A DNA stretch of 64,000 nucleotides from Macrostomum lignano (lineage: Eukaryota): NCBI GenBank assembly GCA_002269645.1, contig NIVC01000184.1, positions 558,001 through 622,000 of the forward strand. Reading direction: 5' to 3'. The position numbers and the translations under genes are program-made. The notes under the pieces were generated by a model. That model was not told the DNA's origin. It searched no databases and saw nothing but the letters and a program-made list of their open reading frames with translations. This document shows positions 24,800 through 35,264 of the stretch, in pieces. Each line of letters begins with the position of its first letter. Position 1 is the stretch's first letter.

Positions 24800-25189
24800 G
24801 GTCAAATTTATACTTTTTGACCATGCAGTTTCACAGATATGCAACAGATATGATATTAATATAGATTAACCTCCATCGGTTTTGTCGGCCGTTTAATTAG
24901 GTTCGTCTTTTCCCGTGGAAGACCAAGTCTATGGTAAATTTTCAGTCAATTCGATTCTCAGTGCCGAAGACTAAAAAGAGGACTAAGAAATAAGTTTGAG
25001 TTTAGTATATTGTGACTATACTCAGTAGATCAGCAACAATTATGGAGGAACGGGGATAGGGAATGCTGACATCGCAAAACTTCTTATTTGGTCAACAGTC
25101 ACTACATTTGGTCAAAAGCTAATGATAGTCCAATCAAGACTCACACCCATGTGATTCTGAATGGATTCAAGCGCCCATTCCACTTTGCG

Positions 25190-25615
25190 TCTTGCTTGAC
25201 TTCGTGTCGAGCAAACCAGCAAGCACCGAGTCAACGACGGACCAGGAACTGCGGCGCAGCGTCACGGAGCGACAGCAGCAGGCCAAATGCCACCGTCGGC
25301 TACGCAAACAAAACCAGCCGCTGAAGGACGCAGCGCTGACTGTCGGGAGCCGCGTCCGCGTCCGCCGGCCGAGGCGCGGAAAGCTCAGCAGCGGCTTTTT
25401 CGAGCCGCAGACAGTCGTCAGTCGCAAGGGCAACACGGTCACTTTGTTCGATGGCAGCCGCTGGCACATCAGCCGCTACATTCTGGATGACCATCACGGC
25501 TGGGGTGACGGGGCCGACGACATGGAGGCTCCGCAGCAGCCTGACGGCTGGCAACCAGAGGTGGCGACGCTGCGCCGCTCTGAGAGACTTCGCACTCTGC
25601 CTCTAGCTGGAGAAC
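25190..25615 (+). mobile_element. Gypsy-type LTR retrotransposon pol remnant (integrase C-terminal region)
   Basis: LTVGSRVRVRRPRRGKLSSGFFEPQTVVSRKGNTVTLFDGSRWHISR resembles the integrase C-terminal SH3-like module, followed by the typical LRRSER terminal motif. Confidence 0.65.
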
Positions 25616-25743
25616 GACCTCTCCTCTCCTTCCCTCGCAACGCCTGCGTTGGCTTTGTTAATTTGGCTGGCAGCCATAACAGCTTCATTGTCAAATATCT
25701 TGGACGGTCAGTCGCAGCTAAGGCGGCTAAGACGATTGAATGA

Positions 25744-26339
25744 CTTGACTTACTTGACCTAACTGCAGGGCTGTCCCGGAGGGGACACAGCGGGAAGGCG
25801 CGGGCGCCCATTCCGCTAGTCCCTGAACGGCCGACGCGTCGCTATGGACGGAGGGTTGACGCCGCCCAGGGAGGTCCCCAGTGTCGCCAGCAGCTATAGT
25901 GCTCTCTGGAAAGGAGAGTTCAGCCCTGCGGGTGGCCCGAAGGTAGCGCATGAGCTGATTAAAGTTTTCGGGTTTGCACGCTTCAGTAATAGATGTGTGT
26001 GGCCCGAGGTAAGTGAGTCTGGCCCGCGTGAAGGCGGGACAGATGCTGACGAAATGCTCAGCGGTTTCGTCACCTGAGTTGCAGAAACTACAGGTGGCGT
26101 TGGTGGCGTTGCCCTGCAGGTACTGGTGCCTGGAGAAGCAGCCGTGACCAGAGAGGGTCATGATGGCAGCCTGGATGTCTCTGCGCGAGAGGCGCAAGAG
26201 GAGCTTCCGGAGCTGGTGAGAGGGCTGAGGGACAAGCGCCTCTGGATTGCCTGCAGTTCGTGCGGTTCGCCCAAGTCGAGCGGTGCTGAGTCCTGATCCA
26301 CGCTTTGATGCGCGAGTCGATGACACAGCCAGGAATCGG
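25744..26339 (-). mobile_element. 5'-truncated LINE (R1/LOA/I-group-like): 3' end with zinc knuckle and 13-bp TSD
   Basis: LLRLSRRDIQAAIMTLSGHG...CSFCNSGDETAEHFVSIC. The 3' tail is GTCAAGTAAGTCAAG. GACGATTGAATGA is duplicated at 25731-25743 and 26340-26352. Confidence 0.85.
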
Positions 26340-26665
26340 GACGATTGAATGAATGAACAGTTGAATGAACTCGCAAACAAAACAAAATAGGCAAAAAGAC
26401 TGCTTTTAGGCTGATAGCTTATGGCGCATGAATGTGTTGAGCTAGCTGCAATATCTCAAATGTTCCACATCTAACGGGCACATTAGATTCATAAAAATGG
26501 CTCTGATCTAAAATTTCTCTTTGAAGAGAGGGCTTTGATAAAGCAGGTACTCAAACAATAAAATCAATTAAATCCATACTCAGTGCTTAGATTGAATAGA
26601 AGATAAATTGCTAGAGATTTAACTCTTCGATCAACGGTTGCCTAGTAATCTGTAAACATTTCTCG

Positions 26666-28051
26666 ATGCATCGAGTTGTCGATAAATGGCTCAGTAAAAG
26701 AGCCGGCGGCAGAAGCGCGGTGCGACTGCTTGTGCGCCCCTTACTAGCTGCTAGAAGCACTTCGGCTCGAGACAGACGTGTCGCTGGGAGTCCCACTAAG
26801 CCTGCTGGTCCTGCTACTCGCTGCTCTGCTGCCACTGAGCAACACCTCCGGTTACTTCAGCCTCATTGAACATAGGCATAGGAGCGGGGGGGCCAGTGGG
26901 GCGGGCCATGCCCCCCACTTTTAAAAATGGGGGGCCAGTAATGGTATCTGGCCCCTCCACATTTTAAATGTAAAATAGGGACTTTATTTTATTTTTTTGG
27001 TTTTTGCTGCTTTCCACGAATGCATTTTGCTGCAGGGCGACAAAACATAGCGCCTGCAGCGCCAAAATGAGTGCCTGCGGCGCTAAAATGCGGGCCTGCG
27101 GCGCTAAAATGCGGGCCTGCGGCGCCAAAATGAGCGCCTGCAGCGCCAAAATGAGTGTCTGCGGCGCTAAAATGCGGGCCTGCGGCGCCAAAATGAGTGC
27201 CTGCGGCGCTTTAAAAAATGAGTGCTGACCAGATGGAGTCTGAAAATAATCGGTACATGATAATGTGCATTTTCCATATAAAAAATCTAACTCGAGGGGT
27301 GTGCGCCCTGTGCGCCCCCCCCCCCCCTAAATCCGTCACTGAACCTGCCCCCCCCCACTTTTTGAAACGTTCCTACGCCCATGTCATCGAAGGCTACCTG
27401 TGCATCAGGAGCGACTTCGTTGAAACTGCTCCGGAGGCCGGATCCGTGACAGCTTGCGCCATCCGATGCCACTTTAACCCGCGCTGTCAGGCGTTCCGCC
27501 TTGCTGACGGTCCGTGCCAGCTGTTCGTTTTCGACAAGTGCAGCAAGTTTTTGAGGGACTGCGGCTGCTCCAGGAGAGGCCGGGTGTTTGTGAAGCAGCA
27601 GCCGGGACTCGAGGCGGGCGCGCTGTGCCCGTCTGGCTACGGAGACGACCTGTGCGGAGTGAAGTACAAGCTGCACTTTAACGCCGATCTCTGGTGGCCG
27701 AGCAGACAGAAGTGCGATTCGGAGAGCGGTCTGGTGATCATGGCCGACGTGATGGACGCCACCGTGATGAGCCACGTGGAGACGATCTACAGAAAGTACA
27801 GCGCCGGATTCACGATGTGGCTCGGAGGCTACCGGACTCCCGGAAGTCCCGAGCCGAGAGGCGGCTGGCACTGGGCCAGCTGCAACATCACCCTTGACGA
27901 CAGCCTGTGGAACGCGGTGGAGCCGGGCAACTTCGGGCCACATGGCGAAAATGCAATCGGTCGATATCACAATTCGAACAACCTGGCTGATTTCTGGGAG
28001 TCGTTGGAAAAGTACAGAGTGCTGTGCGAGTGCGTGTCGCCGTTTGTTTGA
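26666..28051 (+). pseudogene. Secreted PAN/apple-like plus C-type lectin domain gene, interrupted by a hAT MITE
   Basis: Removing the MITE and one TSD copy gives the continuous frame VSLGVPLSLLVLLLAALLPLSNTSG-YFSLIEGYLCIRSDF...CAIRCHFNPRCQAF...WLGGYR...WNAVEPGN...VLCEC*. The start at ATG 26666, with a possible intron at 26694-26754, is speculative. Confidence 0.75.
26871..27383. mobile_element. hAT-type MITE (513 bp) with 8-bp TSD and an internal 21-bp tandem repeat
   Basis: TIRs CATAGGCATAGGA and (reverse complement) CATGGGCGTAGGA. Flanks are TCATTGAA (26863-26870) and TCATCGAA (27384-27391). Confidence 0.88.
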
Positions 28052-28429
28052 GCTGTGGAGAGGCCAATGAATCCGATCATGCAATGCTGGTTATTAAGTT
28101 TTTAACTCAAACGCAACCTTTTAACGCAATAACCTGTCTTTTACCTTGATAACCAGTCTTTTAACGCAATAACCTTTTAACGCAATAACCTGCGCCTTTT
28201 AATGCAACCAACTATATTTTAATCACTTTGAAACTGTCTGATTATAACAACAATTAAGTTATTCACACGCTTTTCGCAGTTTCCAGAGTTCTGGAGTTGA
28301 ATTTCGAAATAAAATTCTCAAGTTTAGGTCTGACATATTTAAAATAACGGGGCCTGATTAGAGTCTACCTGCAAACCAAATAATAAAAGAATTAATACTT
28401 CATTTATTTCATACATTGATCATGGACAG

Positions 28430-30715
28430 TGCTGCCCCAGTGAGTATGGTGGGCGTTTAATCAGAGAGGCGAAGACCTCCTAGCCTACGTTGCCTCTACA
28501 ACCCTCGAGTTCTGCAACTCTGGGTCCACCCCTACTTTTGACAACGGACGGTGGTCGGAGGCGATTGACGCCACGCTCGCAACACCCAGACTCTACCAGA
28601 GTACTGGGGCGTGGCGAGTGCTTCCAGTGTTCTCACTCTCTGATCACAAGCCCATCTCCTTCAACCTGATGACCGCGCGTAGCGCAACTCGTGTTACGTG
28701 GAGATGGAACACCAGAAACACTGATTGGGAAACCTTCGGGCTCGGCCTGAAAGAATTCCATCGGTCTCCTGGCCAACCATCCACGATCACGTCATGCCGA
28801 GAGGCGGATGAGTGCGCGACTGTGTTGACAGAAACGCTAACCGCCGCCTTTGAGGCATAAAGGTAAAAAATCTGCGCCGTGGTGGAATCCCGAGCTCGGC
28901 AATCTCCGTCGCAGAGCTAAGAGACTCCACCGCAGAGCAACTAAAACTAAGAGCCCAGCGGACCAAGCCGCCTATCATGAAGCAATTCATGAGTTTAAGA
29001 GGCAGGTTAGGAATGCAAAGGCTCAGAAATGGCGACAATACTGCCAAGAGCTAGAGGGCTCACGCCCCACCTCCAAAATTGCAAAAGCGCTTACGCTGGA
29101 CAAAATGTCTAAGCTTTCCTCGTTCAAACGCACCGACGATACGTCCACGGACAACCCAGGGGAAACGCTTGATGTGATGCTCTCTGCGTTTTTTCCTAAC
29201 GAGCCAGCTAACCCGACCACTCCGGATCACTCGGAGGGAGGTCTTGCCCTGGCTGCCTCTATCATCACGGAGGACCGCATCGTGAGAGCGGCTAATTCCT
29301 TCAAACCTTTCAAAGCCCCAGGACCCGACGGCATTGTACCGGCCCTTCTGAGAAAGGCGGTTAAATGCCCAGACTTCTTGCGTAAAATTTGCAGCCTTTA
29401 TTGGGCGCGCATCACGCTTGGTTATGGACCGAGGCAAAGGTGATTTTCATCCCTAAGCCAGGTCGCCCGGACTACCATTCTATCAAATCCTTCAGACCAA
29501 TCAGCCTGACCTCCTCCCTGGTCAAGCTGATGGAGAGACTGCCAAAGCACGGCGCCTTCTCTCTGTAGAGCTGAAGAACAAGCCCCTCAGAGGCGTTCCG
29601 AACAGCTCTTTGTGAGAGGCAAACGCACTCACATATCACCGGATGGATCATGTACATGATTAGCCATCGCACGGCCACCGCCGCCAGTCTGCTGGGCCAC
29701 CAGAGGACGGTCCCCGTCTGCAAAGGTAGCCCGCAAGGTGGGGTGCTGTCTCCAGTTCTATGGAATATGGTCATCGATGAGCTCCTTCGGGATGCTCGGC
29801 CTGACCCCATTCTGAAAGTAGGATATGCGGACGGTGTTACCGCGGTGGCATCTGGTCCGTCCCCTGACACCCTCAGGAACCTTCTTCAGAACTTTATCTA
29901 CGCCGCTGAGCAATGGGCGGATCGTTGTGGTCTAAAGCTCTCTGAGACTAACACCGCAGCGATCATGTTCACCAGCAGGACCAAGTGGCAGATTCGGCCG
30001 CTCACGCTTTACGGAAGGGAAATCCCCTTCTGCAAGCAAACTAAATGTCTAGGTATTACCCTGGACCACAGGCTGAACTGGTCACCCCATGTTCATGCAA
30101 AAGCAAAAGAGAGCCCTCGCAATCCTCGCGCAACTGCGATGAGGCTCAAAGACTTGAGAGACGGCGACGGGCTCCACGTCTTATCTGACGGTGAACCCCG
30201 CACTCTCAACCTCTTTCAGCGCTACAAGGTCACCATCCCCTCTAGGAATGTTGCCACTGACCACTGGAATTTCCAGGAGGTGCATTGCTACACGGACGGA
30301 TCCATTAAAAACGGCCATGCCGGCTTTGGGGTCTGCATCATCATCAACGGCCGCGTCTTTGCCACGCATGCCCAGCACACTGGCAGACTCTCCACAGTCT
30401 TCCAGAACGAAGTCCTTGCCATCAGCTTCTGCGCTGCAGAGCTGAACTCCAAGGGTACGAGAGGAGATACTAGATTGTCATGCACTCCGATAGCAAAGCG
30501 GCCTTACTGGCCCCTCTGCCACACCACAACGAACTCCCGGACAGTCGCCGACTGCGTCCGGCAGCTCAACCTCCTGGCCAGTAGCAATATTGTCAGGCTG
30601 AAGTGGATCCCAGGGCACGCTGGGTTTCCGGGGAACGAGCTGGCAGACACCCTCGCCAATAGGGCGACCCCGCCTCCCCGCTGTGTCTACTCTGCAGCTA
30701 AGTCAAGTAAGTCAA
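28430..30715 (+). mobile_element. Degenerate LINE (APE endonuclease C-half, RT, RNase H) with internal deletions and 12-bp TSD
   Basis: Motifs SDHKPI, APWWN, KAPGPDGI, RPISLTS, GSPQGGVLSPVLWN, YADG, YTDGS and WIPGHAGFPGNELAD. Tail taagtcaagtaagtcaa. GATCATGGACAG is duplicated at 28418-28429 and 30716-30727. Confidence 0.9.
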
Positions 30716-31359
30716 GATCATGGACAGCTGCAGTAAAAGGATGCTACGATCGAGCGCACATTCGATTTCTTGTAAATGAGCAAAGACGCCGGTACGCAAC
30801 GTACGAGCGTACATAACGGTATCTCCTGCAACGAGTCCATCATCTACACCATCTGCCCTTTCAACTCATTGTTTCTTATTCACTCGACAAATTGAGCTTT
30901 CGACGGCCCCAGTCGGCTGTACTAAATCTAAACACTAACGCGAGGTCTCTCCAGTGGCCTCTGATCCTCAGGTCTCTGATTCTTGATCCACCAGCTTTCT
31001 AAGTTCCCTGGTGAATATCATCGGCATTCGGGTTTTTGGACTTGCACTGCCGCAGAACTGTCTTGTGAGTTTCAGATGCGGTCTGCTCCTTCTGCTGAAT
31101 TGTGCTGTGCCATTCTGGGTTAAAGCTTCATCGATGAGCAGGGAGGGAATCCTTTGACGAGTGTCCATATACAGCATGAGGGAGGGAATCTTGTCCTTTC
31201 TTTGTCGTTGTTTCGATAATCCTCAGATTCTCTGATAATATTCTTGAGCAGAATTTAGTGCAGATATACATACGGTACCGCATGCATCGTGTCTATCATC
31301 CAGAAAAATAACTCTCCTCTCTCTCCTTACTAGCCTAAGCTTGGGCCGCGCAATCAATC

Positions 31360-31485
31360 AATTAATCAACCAATCAATCAATCAATCAATCAGTCAACCA
31401 ATTAACCAACCAACTAATTGATCAATGAATCAATGAATCAATTAACTAATCAATCAATCAATCAGTTAATCAATCAATCAATTAA
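31360..31485. repeat. Degenerate (AATC)n microsatellite
   Basis: Direct inspection. Confidence 0.85.
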
Positions 31486-31753
31486 TTTTTTTCTCTGGAT
31501 TTTCATTTCAAATCAGTCAGGTCCTAAAATATGTCGTTTTATTAAACAAAGTAGTGTAGTGATCCGCTAGTTGGTGTTAGGCGTCGCACTAAGTCAGCAG
31601 TTTCCCTCGCCCTCGCCCTCGCCCTGGGTTGCTGTCTGCCGCTGGTCAGCTTCCCACCTCCCTTCTGTCGGTCTGTTCGTTGCCCCTTTCCCCTTTTCTG
31701 CCCGTTTTCTGCGCCTGTTTTCTGCCCGTTTTCTGAAACGTGAGCAAGTCACA

Positions 31754-32254
31754 TGACAGATCTTGCTTTCTTGGAGTCCTAAAGTGCAGTAAACATGTTT
31801 ACTGCACTCGCTGGTCTGTATTTACGGGAGAATCACGTACCTAAGGCCCTTCCCTTCTCTATAAGAAGAGGAGTGACTCATGTTTCTAAAAATAGACACT
31901 GAGTCACAGCCGTGTGCACTCTGCCTGGAGGCCCCAGTGATGTCAGTTCTAAAAATAGAACAAAGTCACGAGGTCTTGTGCGTTAGGGCAGTGGTGAATC
32001 CCGCGCTATAAATGCAGACCCCCTTCACCCTTGGTTCAATCAAGGAGGCTTCAATCAAGGAGGCTTCAAATTTCCGAGTTCAGTGCGCGAACGCCTGTTC
32101 TGTGTCTGAGTACGTTTGACCCATTGCTATTGGTCTGAATGAGACCCACCTAAGCCAACCCCAAGCCTACGAGAGGCTAACACAGCCCTCCCATCCACCC
32201 ACCGAGCCCGGCAGGATCTGCTGACGAGACGCCCTGTACGTTGAGCGACGTTCA
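31754..32254 (+). promoter_or_regulatory. LTR-like promoter/enhancer module (palindrome, 2x AP-1, 2x MEF2, TATA)
   Basis: 26-bp palindrome at 31783-31808, TGACTCA at 31874, TGAGTCA at 31900, CTAAAAATAG at 31886 and 31949, TATAAA at 32007. No TSD confirmed. Confidence 0.4.
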
Positions 32255-32282
32255 AAACTGAATGTGAAGGAGAGAAGCAAAG

Positions 32283-32525
32283 ATTTTAGGCGTTGTGAAA
32301 TTTAGGCGATATGAAATTTAGGCGTTGTGAAGGAGGCTGCATATATTTTAGGCGTTGTGAAATTTAGGCGATATGAAATTTAGGCGATATGAAATTTAGG
32401 CGATATGAAATTTAGGCGTTGTGAAGGAGGCTTCATATATTTTAGGCGTTGTGAAATTTAGGCGTTATGAAATTTAGGTGATGTGAAGTCATGTGCTTTA
32501 GGCGTTGTGAAATTTAGGTCTTATG
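32283..32525. repeat. 16-bp minisatellite tttaggcg(ttg/ata)tgaaa
   Basis: Direct inspection. Confidence 0.9.
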
Positions 32526-33530
32526 AAGCGCCCCTCCCCCAAATATGCACACGCTGCTGAGTTCGTTGACTTGTACTTCTTTCGTTCCGACGGGAAGGCC
32601 GAGACCTGAAGGAACTGGTGACAGCACTAACTACGCTACTAAGAGCTAAAAAGGCTTCCGATAGAAGAGGCTCGAGACTTAAGGTAAACTATAAAGTGCC
32701 TAAACCGGGAAGCCAACGGCGTCTACTTCAGTAGCAAGATCTCAGAACTCTTTGTTAAAAATCAGCCGAGTAAATTATAGCTATTGCCATTTAATTTTGC
32801 GTGCTTTTCAAATATGATATATATTTTTATATTATATTGGAGCAGACAGGGAGACCACAAAAAATTTTCTACTAGATGAAAATAAAATATATATGCTTAA
32901 GATTAGGATTCTGTTCAAATAAATTGTGTAAAACTTTAGATAGATTCTTGTCAATCAATAAAATAAAAATGGGAGCTATAGTTTGTTGCTGAGAAACATG
33001 TAAACAAGTAAAAAAATGATTGCGCGCTTTTCCACAAACAAGATTTGAGAAAACGTTATTCAGTTGCTACGCTGTTACTTTGTGGCGCTGTTTGTCCAGT
33101 GAAAAATATTTTGAATTTTGCTTAGACTAGCCATCAAACCTACATGCACATTTAAAGTAGTAAACTTAGGAAAAAATATATCTATGCAACAGTCCGTACA
33201 ACTGTTCTGGTTAGTTAGACTAAAATAACGAAACTAAAGAGAAACTGGTTGCGAAATTACTAGCAAAAAAAGATCCATCACACAAAAACATTTGCACATT
33301 ACTGTATATTGACTATAGGGACAAAGGAATGAAAAACACTGACATCAAGGAGTTTTTTAGAGACTAAAGACGCACTTTCACGGGAACACAAGATAAATAA
33401 CAAATGACTAATCAACAATCAATGCGCTATTCATTGAGATCTGAGACTTAGTCATGAGACTTTCCGTTAAGAAATATAATTATCTAAAGGAGGAAACTTT
33501 GTTTCACAATTTGCGATTTACAATCCGCCG

Positions 33531-33594
33531 TCACATTGGTTTGTCCAGTGCGTCCAAATAGTTTTCATTGATTACCTTTGGTATTAGAAGGTGT
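33531..33594 (-). CDS. SLC4A11: SLC4A11-like terminal coding exon
   Basis: tttcAG acceptor, then (R)HLLIPKVINENYLDALDKPM*. Phase matches the previous exon, and it resembles the SLC4A11 C-terminus. Confidence 0.85.
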
Positions 33595-33974
33595 CTGAAA
33601 TTTTTAGATGAAAGCTTCTTGTACTCCTGTTCAATAACATAGCTATCATTCAACAAAGCTTTACGATTATATCATATCATGACAATGTATACGTAAATGT
33701 TAATTGCGAGCTGCGCTTCACAATGCCCTTTGCCCCGAGTCCCAACCGGCTCCACCTCTCCTCTCCCTGCCGCTTGCGCATCCTGATCTGCCTCTGTCTT
33801 TCTTGTTGTTCCGCCATTCTTGTTGTCATTTTAGTTTTATCGTAGTTTGTATTTTGATTGGCTGGATCCCGTTTCCGTTTCTCTCTCGTTTGGGCTAGTC
33901 CAAATCAGGTCTCTAGCCGTGGAGGCTCCTGATTGGCTAGCCTCCCTCCTTCTTTCTCTCTCGCCCTTCAACTC

Positions 33975-34130
33975 TGTGAGTTTTGTCCCCAACCCCAGCC
34001 CTGTGTGACTTTGCCCCAACCCCCCCTGCATGTGTAACTTTGCCCCCACCCCCCAGCCCTGTGTGACTTTGCCCCAACCCCCAGCCCTGTGTGACTTTGC
34101 CTCAACCCCCAGCCCTGCTCTCACCCCACC
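33975..34130. repeat. Short C-rich tandem repeat (ccccagccctgtgtgactttgcc, ~4 copies)
   Basis: Direct inspection. Confidence 0.75.
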
Positions 34131-34559
34131 GTGTGCAGTATTTATGTGCACGCACTACTCTCCCTCCACCCCTCTATAGTCCTTCGCGTGCTTAAGTTAG
34201 TGAAAGAAAGGTGAGATATTCATCAGAAATATAGAATTCTACAAAGAAGCGAAGCGAAGTCAGCTGTTCATGAGCGCATCGAGTAACCTCTCCCGGTAAG
34301 AAAGTGTTACTCTTTATTTATTTATCCCTATCTACTTCTGAATTCTTTCCTTCCCGTCGCAGTCTTAACTCGGATCTGCGAAGTGTCTGTACGCCTCCAG
34401 ACCCTTGTTCACCTCTCAAGTGTCTGTACACTTGTCCGCACCTCCCTCTTGTCGTAGGGCTGGACGAGTGTCCGTAAACGTTCCCAGCCCATCCACTTCC
34501 GCTCCGAAGTGCCCATACGTATATAGAGATCGATGTAATATATTTATTTTTTTAGAGGC

Positions 34560-34903
34560 AGGGGGGTTGTGTGCACCCTGGCGCACTTTAAGCGACATAG
34601 GCACACAACCGGCGAGAGGCATTACTGCCCATTCCGCCGACTCCCCTGAGCAGGCACACAAGCGCGCGGATACGTACGCAGGCACACACTCACACAGGAG
34701 TGTACAGCGGCCCTAACTTTATATTATCGTTAGGCATGTACACTTCACTGCGCCTTGGGGGGTTGGCTCTCAAGGCCGTTAATTGCACGAGCAGAGCCAA
34801 GCCGAGATTCCAATTCAGCCCCAAATTAATGTGACTGCACTTGGAATCGAGCCTGGGTCGCTGGCACACCAGAGCAGCTGCGCTACCGCTGGGCTACGGC
34901 CCC
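34560..34903 (-). mobile_element. tRNA-derived SINE, near full length
   Basis: The minus-strand head GGGGCCGTAGCCCAGCGGTAG...GGCTCGATTCC carries A- and B-box-like motifs. The body is shared with copies at 42349, 45052 and 59451. Confidence 0.85.
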
Positions 34904-35094
34904 CTGATGTAATATATGATATACAATATATTTATTGCTACGTTTGTTGCTACTCACACTTTCGACGAGGGTCTTAAAATGCAAAAACAATTAAAACAAG
35001 TTATACCGATAGCTATATTGAATATTAACCTGGCGAGTAGTACAGTAAACTATAAGCGCATACTGCATATCTCTGTAATTGGTTCTGCACTCAC

Positions 35095-35264
35095 CTGACA
35101 GGCATCTGCAGCAGTAAAATGACTGGGAATCCCAGCTTAGCATAGGCAATGCTGTTAAAACCCAAAGCGCACAAAACTAGCACTTGCAGCAGTTGCAAGC
35201 AGGTGAAGATGTGCACCTTGCGTTGCGGCACTCGCCTCAGAAAGTGAGAGGGCGGATAGGCAGC
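35095..35264 (-). CDS. SLC4A11: SLC4A11-like exon (last transmembrane segments)
   Basis: AAYPPSHFLRRVPQRKVHIFTCLQLLQ...LGFPVILLLQMPV; AG/GT boundaries. Confidence 0.92.

Noticed and set aside
31555-32254. Formal solo-LTR call
   Set aside because: The TG...CA end pairs I tried gave no matching 4-6 bp TSD, so it is reported only as a regulatory-like module.
34830-34903. tRNA-like sequence as a tRNA gene
   Set aside because: It has A/B boxes but is fused to a repeated ~270-bp body present several times, so it is a SINE head.
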